Assembly: GCA_000708835.1 (NCBI GenBank)
Contig: DF237036.1
Coordinates: 124,001 to 188,000, forward strand
Direction: 5' to 3'
Length of the DNA stretch: 64,000 nucleotides
DNA from: Klebsormidium nitens
Taxonomy: Eukaryota > Plantae > Klebsormidiophyceae
The notes under the pieces are model-generated. The model was not told the origin of the DNA. It was given only the letters and a program-made list of their open reading frames with translations, and searched no databases. Within the stretch, counting starts at the first letter, position 1. Each line of letters opens with the position of its first letter. This document shows positions 1 to 15,000 of the stretch, piece after piece. Made by a program: the position numbers and the translations under genes.

Positions 1-3000
1 TATATTCTTGGATTCTCTCACCCAACTCGATATATTTTCGATTCTGTAGGAGGCCCACATCCAACTTCGAAATGCTTAACAGCAGAATAACTGCAAATAT
101 GTGTAACACCCCCAATCAGCAGAAATAAGGGGAACTTTCAAAAATTGGCGACGGAGCACGATGATCTGCGTGTCTGCCTCAGTATGACACAGATTTCTAC
201 GCGCGTCATTGCCACTACGAAGGAAACGTGGGGTACACAAAACAGGAAGAACTTTATAATGCTCACCGCATGTCCTTCTGTTAGCATTAGCGGGACCTGA
301 AGTCCGCAAAGTGCACTAGTTGGCCTCAAGCATATGCAGCAGTTCATCTGGGTCTTATTACCCAACGGGTAAAGCGCATCATGCCACGCAGGTCTGACAG
401 CGATCCTTCATTTCAGAAACTCTTGACCAATGATCGTACACGAAACGCAGGCTTCTGCATGACCGACGCTCTGGGGGCTGGCATGTGGGAACATACCATA
501 ACCCACATCGTAGCCAATCCCCCAGAGAAAAACACGTATCGCCTTGTCGATTGCCAAAATAACGGGGCTCCTTCCGTAAAAGGTGCAGGCTTGAGTAAGA
601 AAGAGAGAGCGCTGTGGTGCGGCAGGCAACCCACGTTCACTAAACCGAGTTACTTCCTATTCAAGGCCCTTTAGCAAAACACGGAAACTGCACGTTAGGA
701 AATGCCACTGAACATTTCCTTGAGGTGTAAATGAGAGTGCAAGATTCAGCGCAAGATCTGCCACTGGGGCGTCAGACGAAGCATTGAGACATTGACACAG
801 ATCTCCCAGCTTTAAATCGTCATTGCCTGTCATCGTCATTGCCTGTCATGGAACTCTACAAAGCCTCCTGGCCAATAGCACCCTCTATTGTACTCGGAAA
901 TTGAAATTGGTACGACCGACTAAACGTCGTTCGAAATCCTACTTGCGTATGGCAAGCCAGAGTTGGGGATGGCCCACAAACCGGGTGATCCTCAATATGA
1001 TTGACCAAAAGCAGTCGAAAGTAGGAACGCAATGAAGTTGGTTCCCACCCCTGGAACGTGAGATTGGTTCCAGGATACAAGCCCGCGACTCGGAAACTTC
1101 GGGCTTTATATAAGCCGTTTTATACACACAGGGACACCTTTCAAAACTAGAGGTCCAAACGCAGACGGAAAGTCATAACGACCACGATCGGTGATCTACT
1201 TTGCCGATTCAATCGCCAAGTGTCGACCAGACCCCCGGCGCTCTCCCTATAGATCTCATCAGTCTACTACTACGTTTCTTAAGCCTGGCATTAGCTTAGA
1301 GAAGGAGTGTCATTGGGCCGCATTCGGCTGTAGTTTACCCCATGTCAACTGTCACTGGCTGCCAATTTGCAACAAGCGATTTAACACAAAGCCGTTTCCT
1401 CAAGAGCCAGAACGGAAAAGCTCCTGGCACGGATTTGAAAGCGTCCCTGGAAGCTTTTCGCTCCAGCAAGCAGGACAAGGCGCATACCCATTCTAGTAAA
1501 AGAGCTTCCAGATCATCTCGAGGGGATTTCGGAAAAGTAAGGCTAGCGCTGACCGGTCGGACTACAGAGTGCTGTATGGCGCAGCGGAATGGAGTGGGCA
1601 AAGCAAACCCGATGAGCCCATGGAGCAGAGATTTAAATGTCTGCACAGCCGGATATGTAGAAGTTGCGCAGCTCAGTCTCGACTTACGTCGCGATTGACA
1701 AGAAAGGACCTAGTTAGCTCCACAGAATCAAGAAGCAGAGTCAAGGTAACCGGTGAAATCGGCCCTCCTTCTATTTTGGCCAAAAAACGGAGACCAAAGA
1801 TTCAGACTATTGTTACGGCATCAGCTTTGTGACCGGTCAGTGGCCCTCATTGCGGCACTATGCCTTAAGAAAAACGCATCTTTGCCCGCTCGAGAGGATA
1901 CTGCCATGCGGAACCTCAGACCAGAAATGTTGATAGGATGGCACACTCTGCTCCGTTCCGGTCTTTCAAATCTTCTGACCCAACGGGCGTGCAGCCCAAG
2001 CCCAACACTGTCTTTAGGCCGTGAAAGCGTTCGACCCCGTCGCGAGATTGCTCAAGACACGGACCTCCAGAATGACTCCGACAATCGCCGTCGTTGTCGC
2101 TCTCCATAGAGACTTCGCTGAGGCTAGGAGGCATAAAGCAACCGGGTTCGAAGTCATTAGACATATCACAGCACCAGACGAAGACAAGGGCATGCTCAGC
2201 ATGATCGCCTGATCAACACTCCATTGCTTTAAGCACGAAAGGCGGACTGCGTACTACGGTACATGGCGTCTGGACGGAAAATGGCTTCGAATAGTTCTGC
2301 CATTGCGGAGGAGGCAACGCCGACATCACGGCCATGTTCACTGGCATTTCAAATGTATCAGGATAGGCAGGCCCAGCTCATCACGACGGCTTGTCCTTAC
2401 TTTTGTCATTCTTTGACGACTTTTCAACCCCATCGGAAAGGGATGGAAGCAGCGGGAAAATATTGAAGATGCAAAACGGATTTCCGAAAGAAACGAGCTC
2501 GATTAAGAGTTACTTTTCGAACAAGTCAGAGTTGAAAAAAAGGTTCCGGGTCATTCAGGGTCGCTAAGCAGACTCCGAGGCACCAGTGACTTCCACCATC
2601 TATAGTGACCTCCTGGTTATAATAACCAGGACACCACAACGACGGCTCTCAAAACAAATGAAACAAGCTGGCATGGATCGCAAAACCCATCTGAGCAGCA
2701 CCACCAATCAGAAGGAAAGCCTCTTCTCTAGATCAAAGTGAATGGACACGCAGCAGCCAAGGGCGTCAGCACGTTAGCTAAAGGATTGTTGGGGATCGGC
2801 ACCCCGACACAGCCGATCACTGCCAGTGACGAGTGCATTTCCTGCCATAAAGCATGATAGCCAACGCCAGAGCATACTTCGAACTGTTATCAACCCAAGT
2901 TTATTTCCTTCCGATGGACATCAAGGAAGCCACGGAGTGCATTCAAACCGTTGAATGTAAAAACGAATTGGAGTCCGGATACCTCTCGCAATGTTTCAGA

Positions 3001-6000
3001 GAGCTTTTGACCAAGACTCGGTGCAGATTGAGGTCGTTGCATCCTCTCACACTCTCACCTAACAGACACAACCGAACACAGTTGACGAAGATAGGAAAAC
3101 GACCACGTTCACCCGGATCCTGACCTTCAAAGCCTGTCAAGCAACCAGCGCCAACTCCGGTCAAAGGTTTCTTCCTGTCCACCCCGCCCAGTCGTCGCTA
3201 CCGCCAGAACTTGGCAACCTGCGCGCAAAGCGAGATTAGGTGAATACTTTAGCATACAGACTGTCCAGGCAAGATGGATATCACTGCATGTGGAAGCCAC
3301 ACAGCGAGTGGCTCCAACGGCGGTCCGCAACACGAAAATTGGGGTTACGACAACACCAAAATCATTGCCAGCAAATCATTGCCGCGACCCGTCACAGAGA
3401 CCTTTAGCTGCGTCCGTCCAGACCTCAGTTCAGCAGCAATTGCGGACAACATAATCAGAAGAGTCGCTATACCCAGCATGAGGCCATGATGAATCGCAGG
3501 ATCACTCAACGTGGAATAAGCAGAAAGCCCGCATCCTTTCGTGGAGCTCGATCAGCAATGGGCTCATGTCGATGGACGGATACGACGGGGGACGAGCATA
3601 AGACCGAGTTGATTGGGTGCCCGTCTGACAAAAACAAAGTCAGAAACACGTTGTTTGTGACTGATGTCAGGGACTGAAATTGGGTTCACGTAACCCGTAC
3701 ATAAGTAGCATCCCCGCCACTCAAAGCCCTTCACATTTGTGTACAACAAAAGACCGAACATGCAAGTGGCTCGGTGCGTGACCGAACCTTGCATAAGAAA
3801 ACGGCAGAACGTGTGGGACTTTGCGAGTCCCCACTGGCATCATTGTTCCTCGACCAACTCCTTGGGAATTCATCCCAAGTTCCACTCGAGTCATTGCCAG
3901 TGTAACGAAAGATGGCACGTCAGTAACCTTTTCCTTTCACAAGAAAAGCGGAAAGGAGCAGTCTATTCTCTTCTTATGTACAAGAAATTGCACAGCCCTT
4001 TCGTGCCAGGTGGCCCGTTTTTCCTCACGAAAGCAATTCGGCGGGGGATATTGTCGTTTCTAGAGTGCATCAGGGGAATAACAACGCAAGATGACGCTTG
4101 CTTCGTCGCTTGATGACATCGAGGAAAGCGCGATCATACACGATGATGCTATGATATGTACAGGATTGCATCAGGGAAAGCCAGATGCAACACGATACCA
4201 AAGCGGCAAACCCTTCATTGCCAATTTACCATACTACCAGGGCCCGGCTCCGGACAGTAAACGGATGCATGTACTTTAGCGTGAGATTTGTCAAAGTTCA
4301 CTAGCAAAAGGTTAGGACCGAACCACTCCAAGCAGGCGTCACTTGAAAATGCTCAAATGGCACGGAGCACTATGCCCAGAAGCAGCTTACAATCCTTCGC
4401 AAAAATGGCCGTTTGTTTTTGGAGAAGCAAAGCAAGACCAGCCACGGGGGGTCTACTGCCAAATCTGCGGGCTTACAAGAGGAGTCATTTCCAACCGCTC
4501 AATCGCTTATTCAACAAAGTGGCGGCTTTCAGAGAGACGAGCAGACTCACGGCTGAAAGCATTGAAACGCCAGCTCGAAGATATGAATATCTGCTCCCCG
4601 AAAGGAAGCAGGTTCATCGTCAACGTAGAAAGACGAGTTTCTTCAACCGTTCGAAGGCGAAGACAAGTTTCACTAGAAGTCCGCAGATCCTCCCCTCCGC
4701 AAAATACCAGCATGCCTTTGAAAGCAGCAGCCAATCAGGGCAAAGAATCTGAGGCACGACGCCCCAACAATTGAAGCACATCATCGCCAGGCAGAAGAAG
4801 CCAGAGTGGGGCGGTAGGAATGAGGAAGGATGCGGACGGATGCCGTGAAGTGCTCAATTGATGAGTTCAAAATTTTGATCTGTCGGTCTGTACCCACCGA
4901 CCTTGCCTCAAGAATCGTGCTACTCAAATCCGGCCTTCCCAACAGCAAGATGGTGCTGTGCCAATAGAGAGAACTGGAATTGAAAAGGGAAAGAAGGAAA
5001 GATAGGAGAAAGAAGCACCGCACGCCGCAAGGATTTCTCACCTCTAGTAGTAGCAACAGCCAGCACAGCCCACTCTCCTTCAAGTTGGATCGTCGCTTCC
5101 GTCCCCGCTTCTTCCTTGAAGAAATCCAACCTGCAAATGAAAAGGCCCTATCAGCACGACACATTGGAGACGGTACAAAGACGCTGCGACGTGAGGAAAA
5201 GTGTTTTGTCATAACTATCGCACAGTTAGCAAGGGGAACCAATAAAGAGGAGAATCGAGGACGGAAGGCGTTGGTTGTGTGGCTTCAAAAATCTGACAAA
5301 ATAACGTCTCAGACATTCAAGACCGCACCACGAGCTATTGGTATGTCACGGCCACTCCAAGGAAACAAAAGTCTGTTCAAACTCAGCTACGAGGCAAGGA
5401 GGGCAATATCCTCGAAGCATATGTTCCCTACTTGCCTTGATGGTACCGGCCGCAGCGCAGATAGGGACACAACTCTTAGAGTAAGATTAGTGGACGCAAT
5501 ACAGCTTGACAGAAAAAGAGATCCGCAAGAAATCGAGATTTTCGGATCGGTTGAAAGGCTGGATATGTTGGAAAGTCAATCCGGCTCCACACACGCGAAA
5601 TTTTGAACTGGGAAGCGGGTGCTCTGTGCGGTGATCAGTTGTCACTGGAGATTGCCTAAAAGGTCGCTTCGGAACCTCAAGAACCTTGGACCAAGCGAAG
5701 GTCTTCTCTAGCTTTGGGAGGATAAGAAGCTCGATTCAGCTCCAAATACTGGTTCTTTTAATTTAGAAAAGCGGACGTCACCTTCACACAAAGCTAATGT
5801 CGAAAACACTTGCTCCGCAAGCAAAAGTACCAAGAGAAGAGGATTGCGAAGGCCCAAGCAAAAGTACCAAGAGAACAGGATTTCGAGGGCCGACATCAAC
5901 GCTGAGGGAACATGGGCGAAACACGACCCAAGCTCACGAAGGTATCATTGCCGCTACTAAGGAGGGTTCCTTAGCTACAACAGGAAAGGGTAGCATGCAA

Positions 6001-9000
6001 TCATTGCTTTGATGACCGTGGACTGATGAAAATGTTCCTGTAAAGTGACCCATCAAAATGGAACCTTGGCAACTGGCTTTGACCACTTACGTTCTTCAAG
6101 GAGCAGCGGATGTCACCGTCACAAAGATCCAAAGGCAGGCATCAGCGGCTAAGAGATCAGATGGGCAATCCAACCCAAGTCCTTCGGCCGCATCACTGCC
6201 GCAGCTAAGAATACTTTGGTGAGTACATACGGGCAGCACGCAGTCGAAACGATATGCAGCCGGGTTTTTGTTTGGCGGAACGCATGGGTTCCGGACTTCT
6301 AGTTGTCCAAAAGATCAGATACCTGGCGTTGGAGTGAGGGTATGTATGGGCATGAAATATACCAAGCTGCGGAATTCCTCATTGCCACTTGTCTCATGCC
6401 CTCCAAGTACCAATAGGGAGGCTGAAGTCGAGCGACCAACAATCGGGGGACCAACCAAGGTTGCAACAGTCAACAGTACCCGCTGTTTTGAAGGTCATCT
6501 TGAAGGTCATCTGTGTACTTCTCTTGAAAATCGAAGGCTAAGTTGCATCTGGAATGATGCGGGAGGGGCGTCAGCGACAATCTCAACCGTTGGAAGAGAC
6601 TTCCCAAGTTTTGGCGTCACTGCCACCTGTGATAGACCACTGTGAATCTTCCTGACACACCAACATACTGCTCAAAGATGGAATTTGTCGATCTCGGACT
6701 GGGACAACCGTCCGACTTGTTGCACACGGGTAAGACTCCTACACACGGACAGCAAGCCAGAGCTGCCGGTGCGGGAAGTCAGGATCTCCTCCAATGCGCT
6801 CAATAAGAAACGCTTGACACCAACGCACTGAACTGGCTCCAACCTCAGCAATGGGAAAAAGAGGACCCCGGTTTTCTAGAGATGTCATAGCCAGTATCAA
6901 GATAGAGTCAGAAAGCGACTCCTTCCAGAGGTTTGGGTGTAAATGCAGGCTCGACATTTAAAGGGAGCTCGTGGGCCCTCGACTGTGTGGAGGGGCGGGA
7001 AACTCACACAAGGCCTCAACATCGTAGCCGCTAAAAATAAAGCAACCTCTGTTTTCGATGCACCGAAAGGTGATTGCGAGAGACTGCGCAATGCCAATGC
7101 GTTATGGTCTCCCAGATTGGCATCAACGACGCAAAGAACAAGATGTGGGGTACGACGCCTCACGCTTTATGTGCATCATTGCCAGGACAGGAGCTCTATG
7201 ATCGCAACCTAAATGCAGACTCGAATTTGGAGGGATCTGATTGTTGCGCCTAGCTCGGTCCTTAAGCAAAGGCGACCTGCTAGACGTTCAAAGGAGCGGT
7301 TGTCTCAGATTCATTTGGCTTCCGTCAGTGGTATCGGTACTCAGGGTGCAGAATGATAAGTGCCACAATCTCCACTTCTTTATTTGAAAAGACCTGTCTT
7401 TGCAGTAGCAAAAATGCCGTAGAAAAGTTCGATACAGACGCTGACATGGTGCGAAGCCGCAGTCCAACGACGGTTGCTGTAAAGCCAGCATGGTGTAAGG
7501 AAGAGACTTCAGACATCTTTGTAAAGGCTGAGATCGGATCCACCAGAACGTGCAAAACCCCGCACTTGGAAGAGGAGAAGAGCGGCATCGTTACAATTAC
7601 CGAAGGAACCGTACTGCTGCTACAGCAATCTGAACGATATCCACAAAGTGATGCAAGGCGCAACCCGTCGAGCCTAGCAATAAACTAAGGCCGAGGCGTA
7701 CCGGTTCTGCGTCCGGAAGACGAGCCTTCGTACTCGAAGCCTCAAGGGCTAGCGTCAGCGCATCATCATAGGTGCACTGAGTTACGACATCCCAACCTTT
7801 GATGTGCACATCATTGCCCAAAAACGAGCTGGTGCCGCAATCCAACAACAACTGCCTAGCAGGTTTAGGTCCAATCGTTGAGCTTCCCAGAGAATGTTCA
7901 AAGGAGACTTCTCAACAGGGCGTCTACGAATCGAGCGTTTCGACTTCGACAGGTTTAAGCGCTGGCAGTAAGGAGCTCCATTACTGGAAATGGCAGCCCA
8001 CACGTAGGAGCGTATCTTGGCCGGAATTGAAACGTTGCAACTGCAAAATCAGGCGTAGAAGCAGAAACGATCGCTTCAAGGCATCTATTCATGTAGGCTG
8101 ACCAAGCAGCACTCGAGAAAGTCCTGCGGGCGCATTTCCAAGCTGGCAGCTTGAACAGGTGTGGCGTCAGTAAAGTCTTCAAACGGAAAGCTAATCCTGA
8201 CGTGCTTTTTAACCAATGAGGATTTTCAAAAACGGGGTAAAGGTAGACGCTGACGCAAGAGACCAATTGGTGCATCGCAAACGCAATGGTCGTTGCACCC
8301 CATGCCACCTCAAAGAGCAAACGGGTCGCCGGTGCCGCCGCCGGACTGGACGATTTGTGTGCCCGTTTAGAGTAGCAAAGTGCCAAGAATGGAGAGATTT
8401 TTGCGAGCATCAGCAAGTGCGAAAATGTCGTGGAATACGATACCTTCCACGCTTCTGTGCATCAAGGCCCAGATCTGAGAGCAACACACCGCATGCATCA
8501 GAGTGCGATGTTCAAAAGCCACACGCCGCAACGCCAATCCACACAACAGTGCAAACGCAGAATAGTGCGAGCCCTTGCATTGCTCCTAGGAGGAACGAGA
8601 AAAGAAGGACGTCCGCAGGCCTGCGAAAACTTGCACGACTGTCAAGTGAGAAAAGTAGTGCATGGGAGACTGTACACCTCACCCGGATATAAACGTCAAA
8701 AGTAGCGTCAATCAGTACGTCCGAAACTTGGGACGACCTCTCGGAATAATACAAGCTCCTTGCCATGCAGGCTTCAGCAGATTTGAGAGAAATTGAAAAC
8801 ACATGCTTTGGGGCTGGCATCAAGAGAAGGGGAGTATGTGCCTGGAGTCAAACCAACGTGACGCCAGTCTAAGGCTTCCTCACAGCCGAGCATTTAGGGC
8901 GCCATCCCAACGCCCGAACAGTGGCCGCAAAGAAAGGCTGAGGACCACGGACTGAAGACAAAGGACTCACAATTACCCTGTCTTCGTGCAACGAAAGGCG

Positions 9001-12000
9001 ACTGTGAGGAGAAGCTCAACAGGGGGGAACTCGGTTCGTGTATGGTCTCCGAGATGTTGTTGGCGCATGCAAGCGATCGCTATCATCAGACAACTGGGCC
9101 TCGTTGCTGATCAGAGTCCTAATGTAAAAGCGTAGGGCTTCTCGTGGGCGGGACAGGAAAGCGTGAAGCAGATCAAGCGAAGCGCAAGAATCCCGAAAGG
9201 GTAAAGCAGCATGGGAGTCGCTCTCTTTTCCCAGATTGCTGCAAAGCCGAGGGGGTGCTGAAAGGACGACGTCAAGACACCAAACAACCCCTTTTGGTGA
9301 GAGAACCCGCCAAGGGCCGCAGCAATTCATCGCCATGTTTAACAAGAGAGGAAGCTATTGGTAGAAGAAGCTCACCAGTGAAATGGCAGCGCGCCAGTTC
9401 TTTATCCAATATTTGACCTCATGAAAAACCGAAAACAGCAGACTTTTACCCTCCACTTACTGGCAGGGAGAATCGAAAGCAGGCGAGGGCTCTGCGAACC
9501 ACGTTCCTACGGTCGTCAACGCAACTGAAAAACAAAACAAGCTGGTCTCTCGAGCAACCGCACAGGAGATACAGCAAGCTGCATGCTATCCTTTGGACAG
9601 CGATCGGGGTCACGTGAAGAATAATGTAAAGGGGTTGGCACGTGAGGGCTCACTGAGCTGCCATACTGCGACGTCAAAAGCCGACCTAGAGATCACCCTC
9701 GAAACATGCGCGGTAGCAACCACTTAGGGAAAGCAGCTACTTTCTGGATTCGTATTTCGACACCAAGCATTACAGGAACGTTGATTGGCTTCAGCAGTAC
9801 AACCGCCCAGTCTTAATTTGGGATCCGGGGCCCCGTTTGTTGTGGCCAGTCATAGCCACTAGTGACAGTATATGTCCACAACAGACGTGAGAGATTTGAA
9901 CGGTTGACCGCGCACCAAGTTAGACCATCCATCGGATCAAGGAACGGCACAACAAGCGCTCGGTGAGACGAAGGAATCAAGCTGCGGGATGGACCAACAA
10001 ATCTGGTCGGACAGCACGCACATTTCAGAGTAGATTTCAAGAAGCGAGACTTGCGGACAGAGAGCTATTAAGGCTCAATGGTCAGCGCCGGAATAATGGG
10101 CGAGGAAATGACACCCCCGCTTTAAACTGCCAGACAAAAACGCTTTTGCCGCTGCAACCAAGAAAGAAGAGGCAAGGGCAAACTCTATGCCTTCCTTTCA
10201 ACCACTTGATTTATCACGTTGCCACGGGCATCAACATGCCACCTCCCATTGACAGCATCATCGCATTTGGGCACGTATCATTGCATCGCGAGTACCGTGC
10301 AGCATCTTTTGCATACGCTAAGAGAGTGAATTGAAAATATTTGCCACAGCCAGACGGAGCCAATTTGTCAGAATCTAGTTCTGAAAAGCTCACTGGCATT
10401 CAAGACCGCATCCAACAAGAAAGACGTGGAGACTGAATTGCAATGCCTTCCTTCGGCTGTTATCAGATGAACGTAGTTCTCGAAAGCAGCTAAGAACCCG
10501 GGGGTAATCTGGATTTCGAGCTTTCGTGTTTTCGATCCAGTCAAAATCCCTTCAGCCCATACGCTGAGGGGATTTTGGAAGAGCTACCTACACGTGCAAT
10601 CCTTTAAGGAACCCGCCAGGGCCTCAAGCTGGCGCAAATTGGGGCGTCATTTGAGAAGTGTCCACGGATGCAAGACAACCGCTAAGCAGGTCCGCTATTC
10701 TATGCGTGCTACGCGCCGGCGTATGAAATTGCAAAGCAGTAGATGACGAAGGCGAATCAACGGATAGCAAACCTGAGGATCACAGCAAACGGCACTTACA
10801 AGCATAAACCAAAAGGAAGGGTAAAGGGAGAGGCGTGCAGCGCCGAGTTTTACCTCTAGATCTGGAAGCCGGTCCGAAGCACGTCAGCGGCTGTCGTCAC
10901 GGCTTACATCATCTTATCAGACTGCGCTCCGGTCGTCTCTGCAGCAACCTGCACATTTAAGCAACAAGGTTAGACAAGTGCACGTCAACCGATTAGCGAT
11001 TGAATAACTTCTTTTGGTTGCACTTCAAATGGAAGGCAAATGAACTTCGCTTTTCTAACGCATTGCTCGTCGTCTCCGTCAGTTCAGCGCCGGTAAATTT
11101 GGACCAGTAAGGACATATTCAAGCTTGCATCGGACCATACGCCACAGTAGAGAGCATCTTGGGTTCAAGCCCAAGGCTTCAAAAATCTCATCGCCAGCTG
11201 GGATCCACAGACTTGCAACAATGCAGCCAGAAAGTGGGGGAGGGTATTTTCTCGCAGTCAGGAACGGTAAACGAATGAACAAGATAAGAGACGGTCATAC
11301 AATCACCCGACCAAAACAAACCAATTTTAACTCTTGAACGGAGTAGTTCGAACGAACAATCAAGACACGTGCCTAACTGGAATTCGCCGCAATCAATGTA
11401 AGATTCTGGAAGAAGAAGGGGTGCCTTAGTTAACGGCTTTGAAACTCAAATGCACGAGCCTTTGAAACGTGGAAGCAAAAGGCCAGACACGGATGCCCTT
11501 CGAACGGTGCTGGGCAGTGGCCATCTTGTTTAACACTTTGTCAACCGATGTCAAAACAGACGGCACACATGTATGAGAAGTTCTTCCAGCGTCGCCTTTG
11601 TGACAAGGGCTTCCCGACGTTATAAGCTCAACACTGGACCAAAAGACGTACGTCAGTGTGCTTAGGAGAGTCTGATGTTAAAGCAGAATCGCTGTGCATG
11701 CACTTCTTTGGGCAAAGGTAAAGGCCTCGACGATTGGCATCGGAACCACGGATGAACGATTGAGGTACGCAGCCTCAGTCGTCGGAGATCGTCATAGCCA
11801 CTACTAACGGCGAACAGCAGCGGCGCCTTTCAATCAAGCCGAATGAAGCATGCGATGAGCTGAATCGTTCTCTTCCAAAACATTTTGTGGGTAGGGCAGC
11901 AGACGTGCCACTTCCACAACCTCCGCGGAGAGATCAAAGCGGAGATTGCTTTGACCGGTCAACCCATGTTTCACAAACAGAGCAGGCTGCGCGCAGGCAG

Positions 12001-15000
12001 GTTGATCTGCTCATTACATCCCGGGCAAAACGTGAAATCGTGGACTTCCACTTTGGGACACAACGCGTCCGAGAATCGCGTTCACGGAAGCAATCCGACG
12101 ACAAACGGCACAGCACCAGTTTGGAGAACACCAGACCAATCGAAGAGACCAGGCCAGGCCGGCGAACGTCCGACACGAACACTGATCGGGTTTCACCGCC
12201 CGCTCAATCAGACTTCACTTTGTTTGTAAGAACGTCGGGCAAGAACTTAACCGGATCTGCTGATCTTACAAATCACAACACGGGTCATGGCTTTCGGCAC
12301 TTCTTCAAAACTATATGGGCCGTAGCCTCTCGCGCCCCAGTCTCTCGGTGTGCATCCCGACCATACCACACAACGTGCACAGAAGAAGAACGCCGGCCTG
12401 AAGCGTCGTGGCACTTCAGTTGCTGACAGAGAAAGCGCAGCGACTAAGACTTTCAAGTCACTCGCGAAGAAAGGTACAATTGAAGGAGACAAGCAACGGG
12501 TGTCTGGTGGGCGCTCACGTTTGCAGAGGAACGCTCAAACGCAAAATACACTGGCGAGCTTAAGCAACAATAGTGCTCGCGCAGGTTGGGAACGATTCCC
12601 AAGCGCTTCGCATTCCACAGCACTAGACTCCTGGACGGGATTCACGCGTTCGCCGAATTGCTCTGAAAGCGTCCTCTTGGGAGATCTCAAATAGTGCGCA
12701 TGGGCTCACAAAAGCCGAGTCAACTGAGGCACAACAATACGAAGTCCTGATCGCCTGCATCATATGCTTACCACCAAAGTGGAGAGCGGGTTCGAGCGCA
12801 CTTTTGTCGCTCTTAAGGTGGGCCAGCGATTGTCGGCGCCGTCGAGATCGTACTTGCTCAGGAGTCTGGACACCTGCACACGAAGGAGCGAGGTCAGGGG
12901 CGTGTAGATCAGAACGGAGAGGGTGAGACACGGCCTTCCCGTATCTTGAGAAAGGAACGCCAGAGCGTTCGCCGAACAGGTAAGCAAACGCGAAGTCGTC
13001 CAAGGGGTTGTCTATCTCAGAGATCCGGAGTCCAGGCCAGGCTACAGCTCTTTGCAAGCAACCTGCCAGTTTCAGATAGAGAGGGAAGCTTAAAAGATAG
13101 TCGATGTTAGTTGACGCTGTATGATTCTCCACTTGACTAACTTAGTCGTCTAACTTTTAGACTTCCCTCTCTATTTAAATTCGGCAGGATGCTTGAGAAG
13201 AGCTGTATCACCGTTCCCAAGCCAGACGTCTTTGAACAGGCGCAAAATTACGGTCTAAGCAAAGCCGGGGTGCAAGTTTCGCAGATTCAAGGGGTGCGAG
13301 GTGATGATAGGACTTTCCCAGCACTGGCATCAGGGCTGCACGCTCCTCCACACTTGAGTGCTGTGACTTGATGCATTGGCCGCATCCTCGCCCCCAAAGT
13401 TGACCAACTTCAAGAATTCAGAACGGCAAAAAGGTGCATCCCGGCTTCGCTTTGTGCCACACCTCAAAAAGAGCAACCGTCATTACGGCGCAAACTGTGG
13501 GAGTGCATACGCCTTTGGATATTTCGGAACTTTCCTAGGTGATGTGCCTCGTCCATGGTGCGTTCGGTCCCCAGCTTGGGAGGGCAACCGTCTAGATTGA
13601 AACGTCGGAGCACTCCTTGACTCTAAGGGCAACATGTCGTTGAATTTTTTTTTCGGAAGTGGCATCAGCCGAACCGCACCCTGCCTTGAGGTACCTGACC
13701 CCAATTTTCCAGGCACATCATTGCCACAGGCGTGCAGTGATCACATCAGAGTCGGCTCGAGTCTGACTTGAATTCCTCTAGTCCAAGAAGCGAATGGAAC
13801 TTTTTAAGCGACATCAACTTCACTATTTGAAATTAGATGATAATGAGGGCCTGCCGAAACAGGACCGATGCCTTACAACCACCCCGGTCAATGTGAAGCA
13901 ATGCTTCAGAGTTCATGGGCTTCGCAAAAGGCTGGGCAAATTATAAAGACGAAATGTCGCCAGCCTGGAGAAAGCGGAGCAAATGTATGGGCTAAACTGC
14001 TTGCGGTTAAGTTTCCCCCAGATAGACAGGAAAGTGGTGCCCTCCAAACCAAATCGGACTTTCAAGCTCCCTTTAACTCACGCGTTATGTTTCGCATCAT
14101 CCAGCACCATTTGATTAAGCGGCGCTACATTCCCTCCGCAGAGTGTTGCATCAGGCTACACTCAATTGGGGTCCTGAAACCTCTTCGACGATCATCAGGA
14201 CCACGACTTCTGTTGAAACAAGCACGCCGAGTGCAATATGACGTAAATGGTGGTTGGCAGCAGCAACAAGGGATCGAGCAGTAGAACTGATGAAAGGAGG
14301 CTTGCAGAAACGGTTTCCTTGAGATCCAATTTACATCTCCCGGCCCTTAAGATATGCAGAGAAGACGGCACAGTACTAACAGGTTATGATCGTCGCCAAA
14401 GGGCTTCTCACGAGCTGAACCCAGTAAAAGTTAGAAGGCCCCAGGATCCACATAAGAAGAACAAGGAGCTCGTCCGGCGAAAATAACGAAGAGGCCAGAG
14501 CGCCGCTGACAAGGGCACAGCCAATAGCTAACGGAAGCGCAGGCAGCCTTTCTACTTCAAAAACTTACTAAAAGGACAGGACTGGTGGCATCAGATTTGC
14601 AAGGCTCCCGGCTGTGGGTGCGACCTCCCAGAGCTGAGAGTCCACCGCTGCCAGTAAGCGAAAAGAAGTTTGTCGTCAACCGGAGCCAAACGGAGAGTCT
14701 AGCGTCCTGATTCAGTGGCCTATCAAGCCCAAGCACACAACTGTTACAAGAAGCTCAAGACAACGAACGCCCATTTGTCACTGCCGGCATTGGTTCTGCA
14801 CCACGACGACTTGAGGTCAACGCCCCAATTCAACAGCCAATCGTTGCGTGATTCATGGCCCATGACCTCGACGAAAAGCTTGAGGGCGGTCCTATGAGAA
14901 TTCAGCAGTGATCATCCTACGAAACATCAGCGATGGATGTTGCATGAAATTGCTCAGATCTGACTCTGTTTGGCCAGCTAATCATTTCGGCGGGATCGTA

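Noticed and set aside
2324-2350. HUH-like HHGHVHWHF
   Set aside because: No other Rep/Helitron motifs or helicase motifs nearby.
12760-13050. Tyrosine-recombinase-like words on the - strand (PGLRISEI; WPTLRATKV)
   Set aside because: They are in different frames, only ~70 codons apart, with His absent from the HxxR box and no downstream Tyr motif. Too weak to name without an HMM hit.
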